From Octopus sinensis (lineage: Eukaryota), in the NCBI RefSeq assembly GCF_006345805.1, contig NC_043010.1:31372001-31436000 (forward strand): a stretch of DNA of 64,000 nucleotides. The letters are read 5' to 3'. A program made the position numbers and the translations under genes. Every line of letters starts with the position of its first letter. The stretch's first letter is position 1. The notes below the pieces were generated by a model that was given only the letters and a program-made list of their open reading frames with translations, was not told the DNA's origin and searched no databases. Below are positions 13,620-25,674 of this stretch, one piece after another.

Positions 13620-15460
13620 ATTAGATCCATTTATATTCTGAGATTAACTTTGCCTTCCAACCATCTGCGGTTGATAAAATATGTACTAGCCGAGTACTCA
13701 AGTTGATCTCAAAGAATATACCCTATCTTTATATTTAGTGGCCTTGTGCTTATGTTACAAATGATGTTATCATTACTATTAAGGTGGTGAGCTGGCAGAA
13801 TCATTAGCATGTTAGATGAAATACTTAGCAGCATATCTTCCAGCTCTCCACATTCTGAGCTCAAATCCTGCCGAGGTGAACTTTGCCACTCATTCTTTCA
13901 AGTTTGATAAAATAAAGTGCCAGTTTAGTGTTGGGAGTCAGTGCAATTGACTTACCTACCCACCCCTTGAAATTCCTGGCTGTGCCAAAATTAGAAGGAA
14001 TTATTCACTATTATTACTAGGGTGGTAAGCTGGCAGAATTGTTAACCCATCAGACAAAATACTTAGTGCATTTTTTCTGGCTCTTTATCATTTGGGTTCA
14101 AATGCTGTCAAGGTCAACTTTGCCTTTAGTTCTTTTGTGGGGTCAATGAAATAAAGTACCAGTTTAGCACTGAGCTCAAAGTAATCAACTAGCACCCTTC
14201 CCTCTAATTTCTGGCCTTGTACCTACAGTACAAAGAATTATTATTATTGTTATTGTTTGTTTTGCAAGATTCCTGATGTGAAATCCTGTGTTGAAACAGA
14301 TGTTGTTATATTTCAGGATGGTCATTTTTTTTTCCTTGTATTATCATCATTATTATTATTATCTAAGGCGGCAAACTGGCAGAATCTTTGGTACGCCAGG
14401 CAAAATGCTTAGCAGCATTTTGTCTGTCTTTATGTTCTGGGTTCAAATTTCGCTGAGGTTGACTTTGCCTTTCAGGGTCAATAAAATAAGTACCAGTTGA
14501 ACACTGGGGCCCATGTAATTGACTTATCCCCTCCCCAGATATTACTGGCCTTGTGCCAAAATTTGAAATTATTATTACAACAAAGGACAATGACTGGCAA
14601 AATAGGTAGAGCACTGGTCAATACACTTTGTAATATTTAGTTACATCGTAAGTAGAAATCCTGGTATTGTTGAGAACGTCTTTCTTACTTTAGGAGTAGT
14701 TTAAATAATTACTAGTTAATTACCGGGTGCTAATTAATTAACTGTATCTCTCATCCAAAATGCTTAGCTTTGTGCCTATATTAGAAACTGTTATTATTGG
14801 CATTGATTTTAATTCATTGTCCTCTCCCCCTCCTACTAAAATGTGTGGCCTTGTATTTAAGTGAGAAATTATTATTTTTCTGTTAACGTGTATGTTGTTG
14901 GTTCAATTCCTGCCAAGATCGATTTTGCCTTTTATCCTTCCAAGAGCCAATAAAATAAATACCAGTCAAAAACTGGGGTTGATTTAATTGACTGTGCCTT
15001 CCCTCTGAAAAAATATTTTGTGGCCTTGTGCCAGTGTTAGATATTGTTATTGTATTATCCATTGTTCTCTGTCTGTTATGAGTTCAAATCCTGCCAGAGT
15101 TGTCTTTGCCTTTAGCCTTCCAGAGTTGATTAAATAAGTACCAGTAATATACTGAAACTCTGATTAAATCAACTACACTTGCTTTCCGACAACAGTTTTT
15201 GACCTTGTGCTTGCATGAGAAATCATATTTTTATTAGAGTAGTGAGTTGGCAGTAACAGTAGAATGATGAGCAAAATTCACTTGCTGTACACAGTTAGTT
15301 ACATTCTTAGTTCAAATTCTGCCAGGATCAACTTTGCCTTCTATACTTCCAAGGTCAATAAAATTAGTACCATTTGAACATGGTGGGATAGGGGAGTGAT
15401 TGACTCGACTGTACTCTTCATTCAAAATTTGTGGCATTGTGCTTAGGTTAAAAGTCATTA
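13620..15460 (+). mobile_element. Head-to-tail cluster of about eight family-A SINEs
   Basis: Same unit, all on plus, separated by (att)n. Confidence 0.85.
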
Positions 15461-16622
15461 ATTTGTTTTTCTGTATGTGATGGCATAAAAGACACAGGCA
15501 TATAGATGATGTACTCTAATTTCATCAGTGTGTATTCATGAAAAAACTTTTAGTGCATTAAAGCATGTAATAAAGGCCCAGCTTTGCTTATAGGACTCTG
15601 ATTTTTTTTTTTTTTTTTGAGACATTTTTGGGGAAAAACTAAGCATGTCTTATATGGCCAGCACATGATACTAACTGCAGTAGGGCCTTCCATTGGCACA
15701 TAAATCTGTTGTTTCTTCTCTCTCTGCCTACTCTGATATTACTATAGCTGCCTTTCCTCTATTGAATTAATTAGTGGTATACTACTTCCACCCAGTCCCG
15801 CTGACGAACACATCTATCCTCATTTTGTTACCTCTTACTGTGCCTCACCATCCTCGCCTTGCACGTTGCACACACACACACACACACACACCCCAGCCCT
15901 GCCCTTTAAATTATTCCTCCCAGATTATCAACCTTCTGTAATTTCATGGCAACATATTTCTCTGCAGATGTCAACTTGCTGAGGATCAAGCTGACTGCCA
16001 ACTGCATCAATTTTGACCAATCTGAGAGAGTCTGCTGCAAAGGTTCATGAGTACAACCCCTAAAGTTTCATTGTAGCCATTATAGACCATGCTCAATGAA
16101 AAATCCCTTGCTTTAAAGATGCATGGATTCAATCATCATTGTAAGAAATTTGTACAATTTCCGCTCACTCTTCCACCTTATGACTATTGATTCCGTTCAG
16201 TTTTTAATGTAATTGCTTCATAATGATGCATTCAGCTATTTTGTTGTTTTCATTATTAAACAGACATATTAAGGTCGAACGCCCGTTTTTTTGCGCTTTT
16301 TTTCAAGCTCATCCTTCTTTTTTAAGATGGTAAGGAGTGATTATGTGGAAGATTTAGCTGCTATTTGTAGCAAGTTAAATGATTATTTATAGGCTCCCTT
16401 GTTACTTGGTTTTGTTTTTTTTTAATAGAGGAGCAAAATGATATGACATCTGTAGATGTCTTTGTAAATTTGAATTTTCTTTTAATATTTATATTTATTT
16501 TACTTTTTTTATAAACTCATATATGTCCTGATTTTTTTTTTTTTTTTTTGTCCACTCCACTTGTCTGTTGACATTGCTAATGATACTCTCAACACTGCTT
16601 CAGCAAATAGACTGAAGTGTAC

Positions 16623-16997
16623 ACTTCACTGATGAGGTCTAATAATACTGAAATATGTCCAGAGTTGTCTCCCATACTCAACAAAAGGATTAAAATAATA
16701 TTAGTCGTTCAGCTAATGATGTCATTTCTTCACTGCATAATTCTAATTAGATTTTTGGGGGAGATTCTCACTTTATTAAATATGCTAACACTAACTTAAC
16801 TATTGTTTTTTTCATGCAGATGACGTCTCTGAGTAATTAACTACAGTGAATTATTTTTTTAAATATTTAAATATTTTCACATCTCCTTGTGTACACTGTT
16901 GTACATCTACTTAGTGATTCTCTCAACAATACACCAGCAAGTATGGTGACGTCTGTTATACTGTGGAAATCTAATAAAACTGAAACATGTCTGAAGT
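16623..16997 (+). ncRNA. Two degenerate hammerhead motifs in a 332-bp tandem duplication
   Basis: Copy 1: ACUUCA-CUGAUGA-GGU(CUAAUAAU)ACU-GAA-AUAUGU-C-CAGAGU. Copy 2: GUUAUA-CUGUGGA-AAU..ACU-GAA-ACAUGU-C-UGAAGU. Confidence 0.55.
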
Positions 16998-17299
16998 TAT
17001 ATCCCTTACTTGCTGGAATAATTAAAACTATATTAGTCATTGAGCTAATGTTGTGTTTTCCTCACCACATAATTGTTTCTAATTACATTTTTGATGCTCA
17101 TTACATTAAATATGTTAACACTAACTTAACTGTTGTTTTGTCATGTGGATGGTGTCTCTAAATGATTAATCTTTGTGATTTATATTATCACTTCATTCTA
17201 AGTGTTCTATCAGACACACACACATACATCATAGATACACTGTGCATACATCCTACATCTCACTGACACTTCACACATATCACAGACTAAGATACATTT

Positions 17300-17331
<32 letters not shown>

Positions 17332-18352
17332 TATATATGCAGACACCTCATACCTCTTATCCATACACACACACACAAAAGCATATACCAATTTTGATGT
17401 TCACAGAAACAAATGGATCTATTCTAATGTTGAAATGCATAATGCACACACACATACATTCATTCACACACCTCACATTGTGTATGCATACACTGAATCT
17501 TACAAACATGCCTTGTGTAACAGACACTTTACATATATACAAATTCATTCTGATATGTACAAACACGCACGTCAGCCCCATGTAAAAAGCACTCATGCTG
17601 GTGCTACATTAGGAGCATCCAGCACACACTGCAAAGTGGTTTGCATTAGGAATGGCATCCAGCCATAGAAACCAATCCAAATCCAACTGGAACCTGGTGC
17701 CAGCTCTGGTCAAACTATCTAACCCATGCCAGCATGGACAATGGATGTTAAAGGATGCTGATGATGATATATGTATAAAAGGATAGATCTGTGCATGTGT
17801 ATACATGTACACAATCTCTCAGATGTCAGTTACATCTGATATTTCGTAATGGTTATTAATTAAAGCAATGATGGAATATGTGTATTTGTGTTTGATTTCC
17901 CTCTTACACTTTGTCACTATATTTCATTGTTGAATTTAGGTAACAAACTGGCTGAATCATCAGGCGAAATGCTTAGTGGTATTTCTTCCAGTGATTTATG
18001 TTCTGAGTTCAAATTCCACAGAAGTCAACTTTGCCTTTCCTCCCTTCAGGTTCAATAAAATAAAGTACCAGTCAAATACTGGGGTTGATGTAATTGGCTT
18101 GCTCCCTCTTCAAGATTGTTGACCTTCTGCAAGAATCAAAAAGAATATTTCACTTGTACAAATACAGGCATGCATGCGTGCATACATACATACAGACAGC
18201 ATTAATTTGGATTTCAGATCCCCATACCAAAGGATGTGACAATTGTTCCTGAAATGAGGATACCCTTGGTCAGTTGCAGACCTGGCATTCTGCCACGCCC
18301 AGGCCATCGACTGTGCCACAACTCTCTTATGCATGTCTACAGACTAAGATAC

Positions 18353-18391
<39 letters not shown>

Positions 18392-18529
18392 GCATATATA
18401 TATATATATATGCAGACACCTCATACCTCTTATCCATACACACACACATAAAAGCATATACCAATTTCTACATTTTCTGTTTCCATTTGCCTGTCCTTTC
18501 ATTGAAAGATAAACTTATTTACAATTTCT

Positions 18530-19060
18530 TAATTCTACTTTCTGACTCCACGGCTGCTCCAAGCTTTCCTTCACCACCTCTCATCACTTTCAGAAATGAT
18601 AAGAACCTCAGAAACCTCCTAATAAGAAGCTCCAGACCACCCAGCCCTACACAACCCAGCACTCTTAAATGCAATTGCCAATAGTGCAACACCTACCCCT
18701 ACATTAATAACACTACAATAGCAATTGGGCCTGGGTTACAATATCATATTCCTCAGAATTTCTGATGCACATTGTATCATATGCAAACTTTGCAGCGTTC
18801 TTAGCACTGGGGAAACAGGTTGATGCTTGCTTGGAGCACATTCAAAGCATTCTACTACATATGCCAGGCTAATCAGCCACCACCCATTTCAACACTACAG
18901 GTCATTCCATCACTCACTTATCTGTGCATGGCTATGCAGCCCACCATGGATTCACATTTTCAAGTAAGCAGAGAGAGCATTTCATGTTACCAAGTTCATT
19001 ATCCCTTTAGCATTTTATCTGGACCATATATTCTACCTATTTAATATTCAGCTCATTTGT
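18530..19060 (+). mobile_element. Penelope-like element remnant (GIY-YIG end)
   Basis: PPLITFRNDKNLRNLLIRSS...KCNCQ*CNT...CKLC...TGETG...HFNTTGHS. Decayed. Confidence 0.7.
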
Positions 19061-19589
19061 CCCTTCCTCTCAGCTCCTACAGGCTGCCAACCATGTCATT
19101 CCTCTCTCGTGCTCCCCAACTGTATCATCTTTACAACTCCTACTGCCTCCACCCACCCCCTCTTCTGCATCCTTCTATCTCTCCTAACTAATGGTTCCTT
19201 CTCATCCATCCTTCAACTTACTCATTCTGGAAGTCTGTCTCTCCATTCCCTCATTCTCCTTCCACACAATCTTGCAAACCAATCCTTCAACTCACCTTGT
19301 ACCTTGTGGAGCCACCTAGGCACCTCATTGCCATTATCTATCTCTTACCACTCCAGTATAAGGAAAGAAAGGAGACTTCTGGTATATGAGATAAGATTTA
19401 CGGTCAAAGGGAAGAGCCTTCCTTTCAAGTTAAGAGATTACTGGGGTACGGAACTCTTGTGGGAAAAAAATTTGCAAGCATGTATAGGGAAAGAAAGGAG
19501 ACTTCTGATATATGAGAAGAGATTTCTGGTCAAAGGAAATCTCTTCCCCTTTTAAAATTAGTTGCTGAATTCTTGTGAAACTCTAATTC

Positions 19590-20030
19590 AGTTCTTTGTG
19601 ATGAACTAAAAGACATCAAGTATGATATTGTTTATATGGCATATATATTCACAAAGTTCAATGAAGTTAATCTGCAGCAACAAGGAAAAGAAGTTATGCC
19701 ATAACAAAGTAAAATCAGCCCTCTCCATGTTTCTGTCCAAGTTGCAGTTGTTCAAATGCAACATCACCTGTTATGAGTTCTTCCAGTTTCCAAGCCTCTT
19801 TGAACTGGAGAAAGTAAAGTGCATACCAGAAGATGACCTTCAAGTATATTGTTCACACCTGGATGAGCTGCACAGAGACATACCAGTCTGGGTGATTTCT
19901 AGATATCAGTAATGAGGAAACGAATAGTGGAGGAAGAACTGACTTCAATTTAAAATGATACCGAGCTGTGGCCAAAGTTAAAAAGAACCATATCAGGATT
20001 TTGGGTTGCAAAAGGACATTTCTGACAACT
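19590..20030 (+). mobile_element. hAT (Charlie/Buster-like) transposase fragment
   Basis: FFQFPSL...DDLQVYCSHLDELHRD motif. Confidence 0.7.
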
Positions 20031-20180
20031 TACCTCATAATTCCATTCAGCCTGATGGATTCCTGCACAAAGTACATCTATCACATTAAAAATATGAAAA
20101 TAAAGTAGTTAGTGGTGAGATGTAAATTTACTCTATCATATTATAAAAAACAGCAAAATAATGGGTTAACTGGATGAAGT

Positions 20181-20186
20181 TTTATT
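20181..20186 (-). promoter_or_regulatory. Candidate EXOC4 poly(A) signal AATAAA
   Basis: First AATAAA I saw on the minus strand, ~360 nt after the stop, followed by U/GU-rich sequence. Confidence 0.45.
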
Positions 20187-20394
20187 TGTGAAATACAGTT
20201 GTTTTAAATTCGAAGTAGAAAGAGGTATGCTTGTGGTGGTGTGATGGGGGAGGGGGGAGAAAAGTGTAGCTTGGGAACCAAGCAGGTGGGAGTCGGAAAA
20301 GGGTTGGGAAATAGGACCAGCTCCACTTGAAGCAGGGAGATAATTGCAAAATTCAAAATCTCATAAGTTGACATGTAAGAAAAAGGACAGAACA

Positions 20395-20439
20395 GTTGTA
20401 GACATGTGTCCCAGGCTTAGTAGCCATCATCAGCACAAC
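20395..20439 (-). ncRNA. Degenerate hammerhead-like motif in the EXOC4 3' UTR
   Basis: GUUGUG-CUGAUGA-U-GGCU(ACUA)AGCC-UGGGAC-ACAUGU-C-UACAAC. All helices and GUC are present, but GAA is replaced by UGGGAC. Confidence 0.5.
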
Positions 20440-20544
20440 ATTTGTCCAATTGCACGTGTGTGTGTGTGTGTCTGTTTTGGATATTTGAATATATATATTT
20501 GTATATCTGTATGTATATAAGCATTAGGGCATTCTTGTATGGTT

Positions 20545-20745
20545 CTATATATTAGTGCTATCGTCTGCAGCAGAATGTGATACATTCTGCATTACAGTGT
20601 GCAACCTCTGTAGTCTGGCTTCAAGTTGGTCCTGTGATGTAGACATGGCTGCACCTGGCTGGCTGCGGTGCTGTAGCTGGAACAACTGGATGTACTCTTG
20701 CTCTGTGTACTGAGCTCCTTTCTCAGCTATACCATCGATGATAGC
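20545..20745 (-). CDS. EXOC4: EXOC4 terminal coding exon, AIIDGIAEKGAQYTEQEYIQ...DDSTNI*
   Basis: Acceptor ttcaccag, TAG stop at 20545-20547. Matches human QGVKYTELEYI...LHRSQ...RLQRL. Confidence 0.95.
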   Translation of the reverse strand, partial: AIIDGIAEKGAQYTEQEYIQLFQLQHRSQPGAAMSTSQDQLEARLQRLHTVMQNVSHSAADDSTNI

Positions 20746-21354
20746 CTGGTGAATGATCAACAGAAAGAAAAGAGCTGTTAATGGTAGTGGTGTAGTTATG
20801 ATAGATGTGTGATAGCATTGTCATATAGCCCCAGGTCAGTTTACTTGTGATTAAAGACATCACTAAAAGTGTTATTTTGAGTTGTTATTCCTTGCATTTT
20901 AGCATGGGTTAGATGGGTATGTTTCAACACAGTCTCAGTCTCTCTCTCTCTCTCTCTCTCTCTCTACATGTAGCTTTCCTTTGTCATCTGCTTTGTGAGG
21001 TTTGGATAATGAGATCAAACCTCACCATGTTTCTTTTGGGCCTTTTTCTTCAGCAAGTCTTTATATATATATATATATATATATATGCAGCAAAACAAAG
21101 AGGCTTTCATTTTAAGCAAAACCAAACCAGATATCTTCATTTGTAAATGAACAGGAGTTGCTGTTCAATACTATTAAGCTACTGTTTATAAAACTGACAA
21201 GGAAAGAGATGCTTCAAGTTAGTCAACAACTAAGTTGTCATACGCTGACATCCTTCAAACCAATTCAAAAGTGTCTTCCAAGCTGATAACACCACCCTAT
21301 TACAACCCATGTTAGAGGTAGTTAAAAGAGTAGAGTCAAATGGAAGCCACTTAC

Positions 21355-21466
21355 ATCAGGACTGGTGTATAGCAACTCATAATACTGACGGGCATGGTCC
21401 AAGTCTGACTCCCGTGACATAGTGATGTTGGTAAGATTCTGCTGGATGGCAAAAATATTACGACAC
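21355..21466 (-). CDS. EXOC4: EXOC4 exon, [37 protein letters not shown]
   Basis: Acceptor ttgcag, donor gtaagt, 112 nt, phase 2-0. Near-identical to human [33 protein letters not shown]. Confidence 0.97.
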
Positions 21467-22519
21467 CTGCAACAAACAATTGTACAATGGTAATAGTGAT
21501 GGTACTGATAGTCAGGAGTGGCAATTGTTGTGATATGTAGTAATGACAGTGAAATAGTAATATGTAGCTCTTCCAAAAACCATCACAACAAAAGTATATT
21601 GTAACATCTCGATGTCATTCACTTACAAGCACACATGTATATACAATACACATTACATATACACACATATATGTATAGGTACAAGCATGGCTGTATGGTT
21701 AATAAGTTCACTTTTTAATCATGTGGTTTCTGGTTCACTATTATTGTTGTCCTGGGCTAAATAATGCCTTTTGAGTGAATTTAGTACATGGAAACAGCTG
21801 GAAGCCTGTATCACACATGCATATGTAACATAGCTGGTCACAATGGGCACTGCATTGTTATAGCTTTTGAATAATACCTCCCACCTGGCCAGGCCAATAT
21901 TCCCCCTGAATGGAATGCCAGTCTGTTGCAGAGTTAGTCATTTACAGTTGAGTGGATATATATATGTATGGATCAAAACAAGTTTGATTCAAATTCCTTG
22001 GTACTTTAAGTTTCAAAGTGTAATGCTAATCCTCAATCATTGTAAATTTGAATGAGAGGTCAATTGGAGAAAGTCAATTGTTATTTGTTAAGTTATTTCT
22101 ACAGATATTCTCTAGAAATTATAGCTATCACTGATTTTTGCTACTACATTCCGTATGCAAGATGTCGGATGTAAACAAACAATGAGATTGAAGATGAAAA
22201 ATGGGTAATGGGAGTATATGTTATATTTCGAAGGTTTTTGCCCCTTCATCTGCACCCATCTAACCCATTAATAATCCTCAAACACATTGTTTAAATAGCC
22301 ACTATACATAGCAGTGTAAAGTTATTGGATATATCAATTTACATATTAAACACATTTCTAGAAGCTGGTACATAAATACTAATGGTTTATAGGTAATGTG
22401 GTATTTTGTTATCCAACCATAATATACTATAAAGTATATTCAACATTTAAAATACCATATAGTATATGTGTACATGCACACACACATGCATAGGTGTGTG
22501 TGTGTGTGTGTATATATTA

Positions 22520-23230
22520 CACGGTGCAGTGAATAAACTGTCATCTAAATTACGCAAAATGAAAATAACACTGATATCTCATTTTAACAGATATATTAAA
22601 CAAATATATATAATTACATAAAAATATCTTGAAATACTAAAGAGCAAACTTATTCAATAAAATCGCCGTTGGTTTCAACCACAGCCTTCAGATGACTTCA
22701 GAATCTCCTGCAACTCTTCTGAATGCTCTCCTTGTTTAAGTTGGTGAATACTGCCATAATCCCTGCCTTCAATTCATCTTTGTTATTAAAAGGAATTTTA
22801 TTGGTCTCTCGCACAACTGCACTCCACACAATAATCAAGGGGGTTGTAGTCTGTGGAGTTAGGTGGCCAGATGTTAGGAGTGATGTGGTTGCAGAAATAT
22901 CTGACAGCTATGACTGGGTTCTCCAGCTTGTGTGTCATGGTGCAGAGTCCTGTTGCCAGACATAGGGTCTTCCAGCAACCACCCTCTTAACCCAGGGCAG
23001 CACTACCTTCTTCAGGCACTTGATGTAGGCCACTGTATTGAGACTGAGGTTGTGTGGGAAGATGAATGGAGGCATAATGTCACCATCACTAGTGATCACC
23101 CGACTGGATGTTTTATTTTTATCACTTTTGGTACATGTCCTCAGATTGACACCCAAACACTCTGAAATGTTTGTATTGGGGCTTCTGGTGTGAATGCCAG
23201 GCAGTATGGCATGTCATTTCCAAATTTCTG
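22520..23230 (-). mobile_element. Tc1/mariner (maT/DD37D-like) 3' half
   Basis: GDIMPPFIFP...YIKCLKKVVLPWVK...YVWQQDSAP...NGDFIE*. TA-flanked terminus near 22520. Catalytic spacing cannot be verified. Confidence 0.75.
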
Positions 23231-24068
23231 GCTGAGTGAATTGCGTCATCATGCTATTTTTCTCACAGATGGCGTCCAACTGACCCTACTATACAGTGTA
23301 GCCGACAAAATCAAAAACAAACAAAGCACATGTGCAAAATAAAATGCAAGATTGAAACAACTGACAGAAGCAATTGGTACACATAAAAACCAATGGGTTA
23401 ATGTAGAGCAAGCAGCAGCCAGGAAAAGAGTACCTCCCATATTTTGAGTGTGTGGCCTCACAAACAAGTCACCCACACAAACACACTGAAAGGTCTCAAA
23501 TTGAACACAACCAATTTCTAGCAGCTAATCTGATATGCAATCTATATTGTAGAGAATTTTCTGGCTGATCAGGACTCGCAAGACATGGAAGTATACAATC
23601 AAGGTACTGTACCAAACAAGCACCTAGTTACAATACATGAATACAAATACTGCATCTACAACAAAAAATGCAATACTTATTGGCTTTAAAAAGCTATTGT
23701 TGGCCCATGGTCACTGAAAGAGGACTCCTCCAAATAAGATATATAGTCAGCAATGGTCATACTTGTCTATGACAGCAATCTTGTATGTATGTGTGTGTAA
23801 ACAAAATCTACATGAATATTGATAACTGACAGCTTCACTTGTCACCACTTGATATGATGTTTACATTCCTTGTTGACATTACTACAGGTTAAAAAAATCC
23901 CTTTTGAAAAACTGGTAAAGGTTGGCAACAGGAAGAGTACTTGGCTGTAAAATCCTGCCTCAAATAAGTCCCTACCCAACACAGGGTAGCATGGAAAAAT
24001 GGATGATAAATGAACAACCAATACTGGCACCACATACAAGAGAGTGAAGGTAAATAAATTATACAAAC

Positions 24069-24164
24069 ATTTTCTTGATGCCATTCTCGTTGATCTTCTT
24101 GAGAAACTGAATACTGTTGATGAGGATGGATGCAACCAAGTAGCCAAGACTTTCAAAGATGTAC
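24069..24164 (-). CDS. EXOC4: EXOC4 exon, YIFESLGYLVASILINSIQFLKKINENGIKK(M)
   Basis: Acceptor ttacag, donor gtttgt, 96 nt, phase 2-2. Matches human YIFEGLGHLISCILING...ESGIKKM. Confidence 0.95.
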
Positions 24165-24744
24165 CTGTAAGTACATGTGGATTAATGAACAAATTAAGTT
24201 GTTGAAATGAGTGAGTGATGCAGCACTGATATATGTGCATGTATGTGTGTATTGATGTGAAGGAGTTTATATATGTGCATATATATGTATACATGTGTCT
24301 GAGAGAGAGAGAAAGAGAGAGTGTATATAAATTGCATATAGGGACATATAAACAATATATAAATACACACAACACACACAATTGAAAATTACCATTTAAA
24401 TGATAAGGTCTACTGAGTAGAGATAAAAATTTACTCTATAGTACCACAATGTTCCATAAAGATACAGTCAGACTGTTCCCCAAAAAGACACTGCACTTTG
24501 CCCTACACTGTCATCATTCTCTGCCCTACATGGTCACCCACAGTGTACTACAGAGTAGTTTACTCTACATAGGGTTCAGTCAACCTTACAAAGACAGTAG
24601 TGGATAGGAACTTACAAACCATTAGAAGGCAATTTACAATATTGATTTTACAACACAACTATATCACCTCTGTATCATGACATTGATTTAAGGATACCAG
24701 AGACAGAAAAAGAGTGATGAAAAAAACACAAAAATGCAACTCAC

Positions 24745-24863
24745 TTGAATTTCTTTGGTTGTAAACTGAGTGAAAGTACTTCTTCAATGTTGGAGAGGTC
24801 CTTGTTTAGTTTGAGTACATTGGAGTCAGGATCAAGGTCATCTATAGGTCCAGCATAGTTGGA
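24745..24863 (-). CDS. EXOC4: EXOC4 exon, SNYAGPIDDLDPDSNVLKLNKDLSNIEEVLSLSLQPKKF(K)
   Basis: Acceptor cttcag, donor gtgagt, 119 nt, phase 0-2. Matches human DPLVVKLNKDISAIEE. Confidence 0.95.
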
Positions 24864-25674
24864 CTGAAGTTATAACAAAAGATGAGTTTTATACACACAC
24901 ATATATAACATTATCATCGTTGTCTCAAATCCACTTTCCACTGCCTCACACCCATCACTGTCATGGGTAGTGTGGGTTGGGTTGAAGAACCACATCTTGC
25001 TCAGATGTTTACCTTTATCTTGGCTTCTATGGCTTCCTAAAATCAGCTACATAATGTGTACTTGGATGCACTAGAGAGGTTGTCATGTCTTCAACAAGAT
25101 TAAATGGTTCTAGAACCCAGACTTAAAGTGCACTGGGTGCATATTGATATGGCATAAGCATTAGAAAGTGTGGGGCTGAGTGTATCATGGATAGTAAGAG
25201 GTGGATAAATGGTGAGTGTGGGTAATGGATGTTAATATCAAACGGCTAGTGGGGAATATAAGTAGTGTGTGTGTGGAGTACATGCATATCTGATGAAGCC
25301 CCTAATGCATATGCAACAAGATGATTTAGAGACCTTATCTGATAAAGATGTGAGTGAAAAAGGGTAGGAGTGATGGATGTGGAGTGTTGAGAGGGTCAGA
25401 TAGATTCAGTGTATCTGTAGTAACATTGGCAGCAACATACAATGAAGAAAAGGCAGTGAATTTTTAAGGTTTATAAACCTCCATTAATGTCTTATGTCAG
25501 CTCCATACCAATTCTAATTAAATTTATTAATTGTATTTCTAGAATATGACATTTTTCTATTTTTATACAATCTAAATTAGCCAATCTCCTAATTACCTTT
25601 GTATATATGTATATGCAGAGATATATTTGTGCATGCAAATGTCCATATGTATAATCAACATATGTGTGTGTCAA

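Noticed and set aside
25285-25320. gcatat-CUGAUGA-...-atatgc hammerhead trace (similar weak traces near 3050-3105 and 13375-13430)
   Set aside because: The GAAA/helix III or the CUGANGA core is missing, so it cannot be distinguished from chance.
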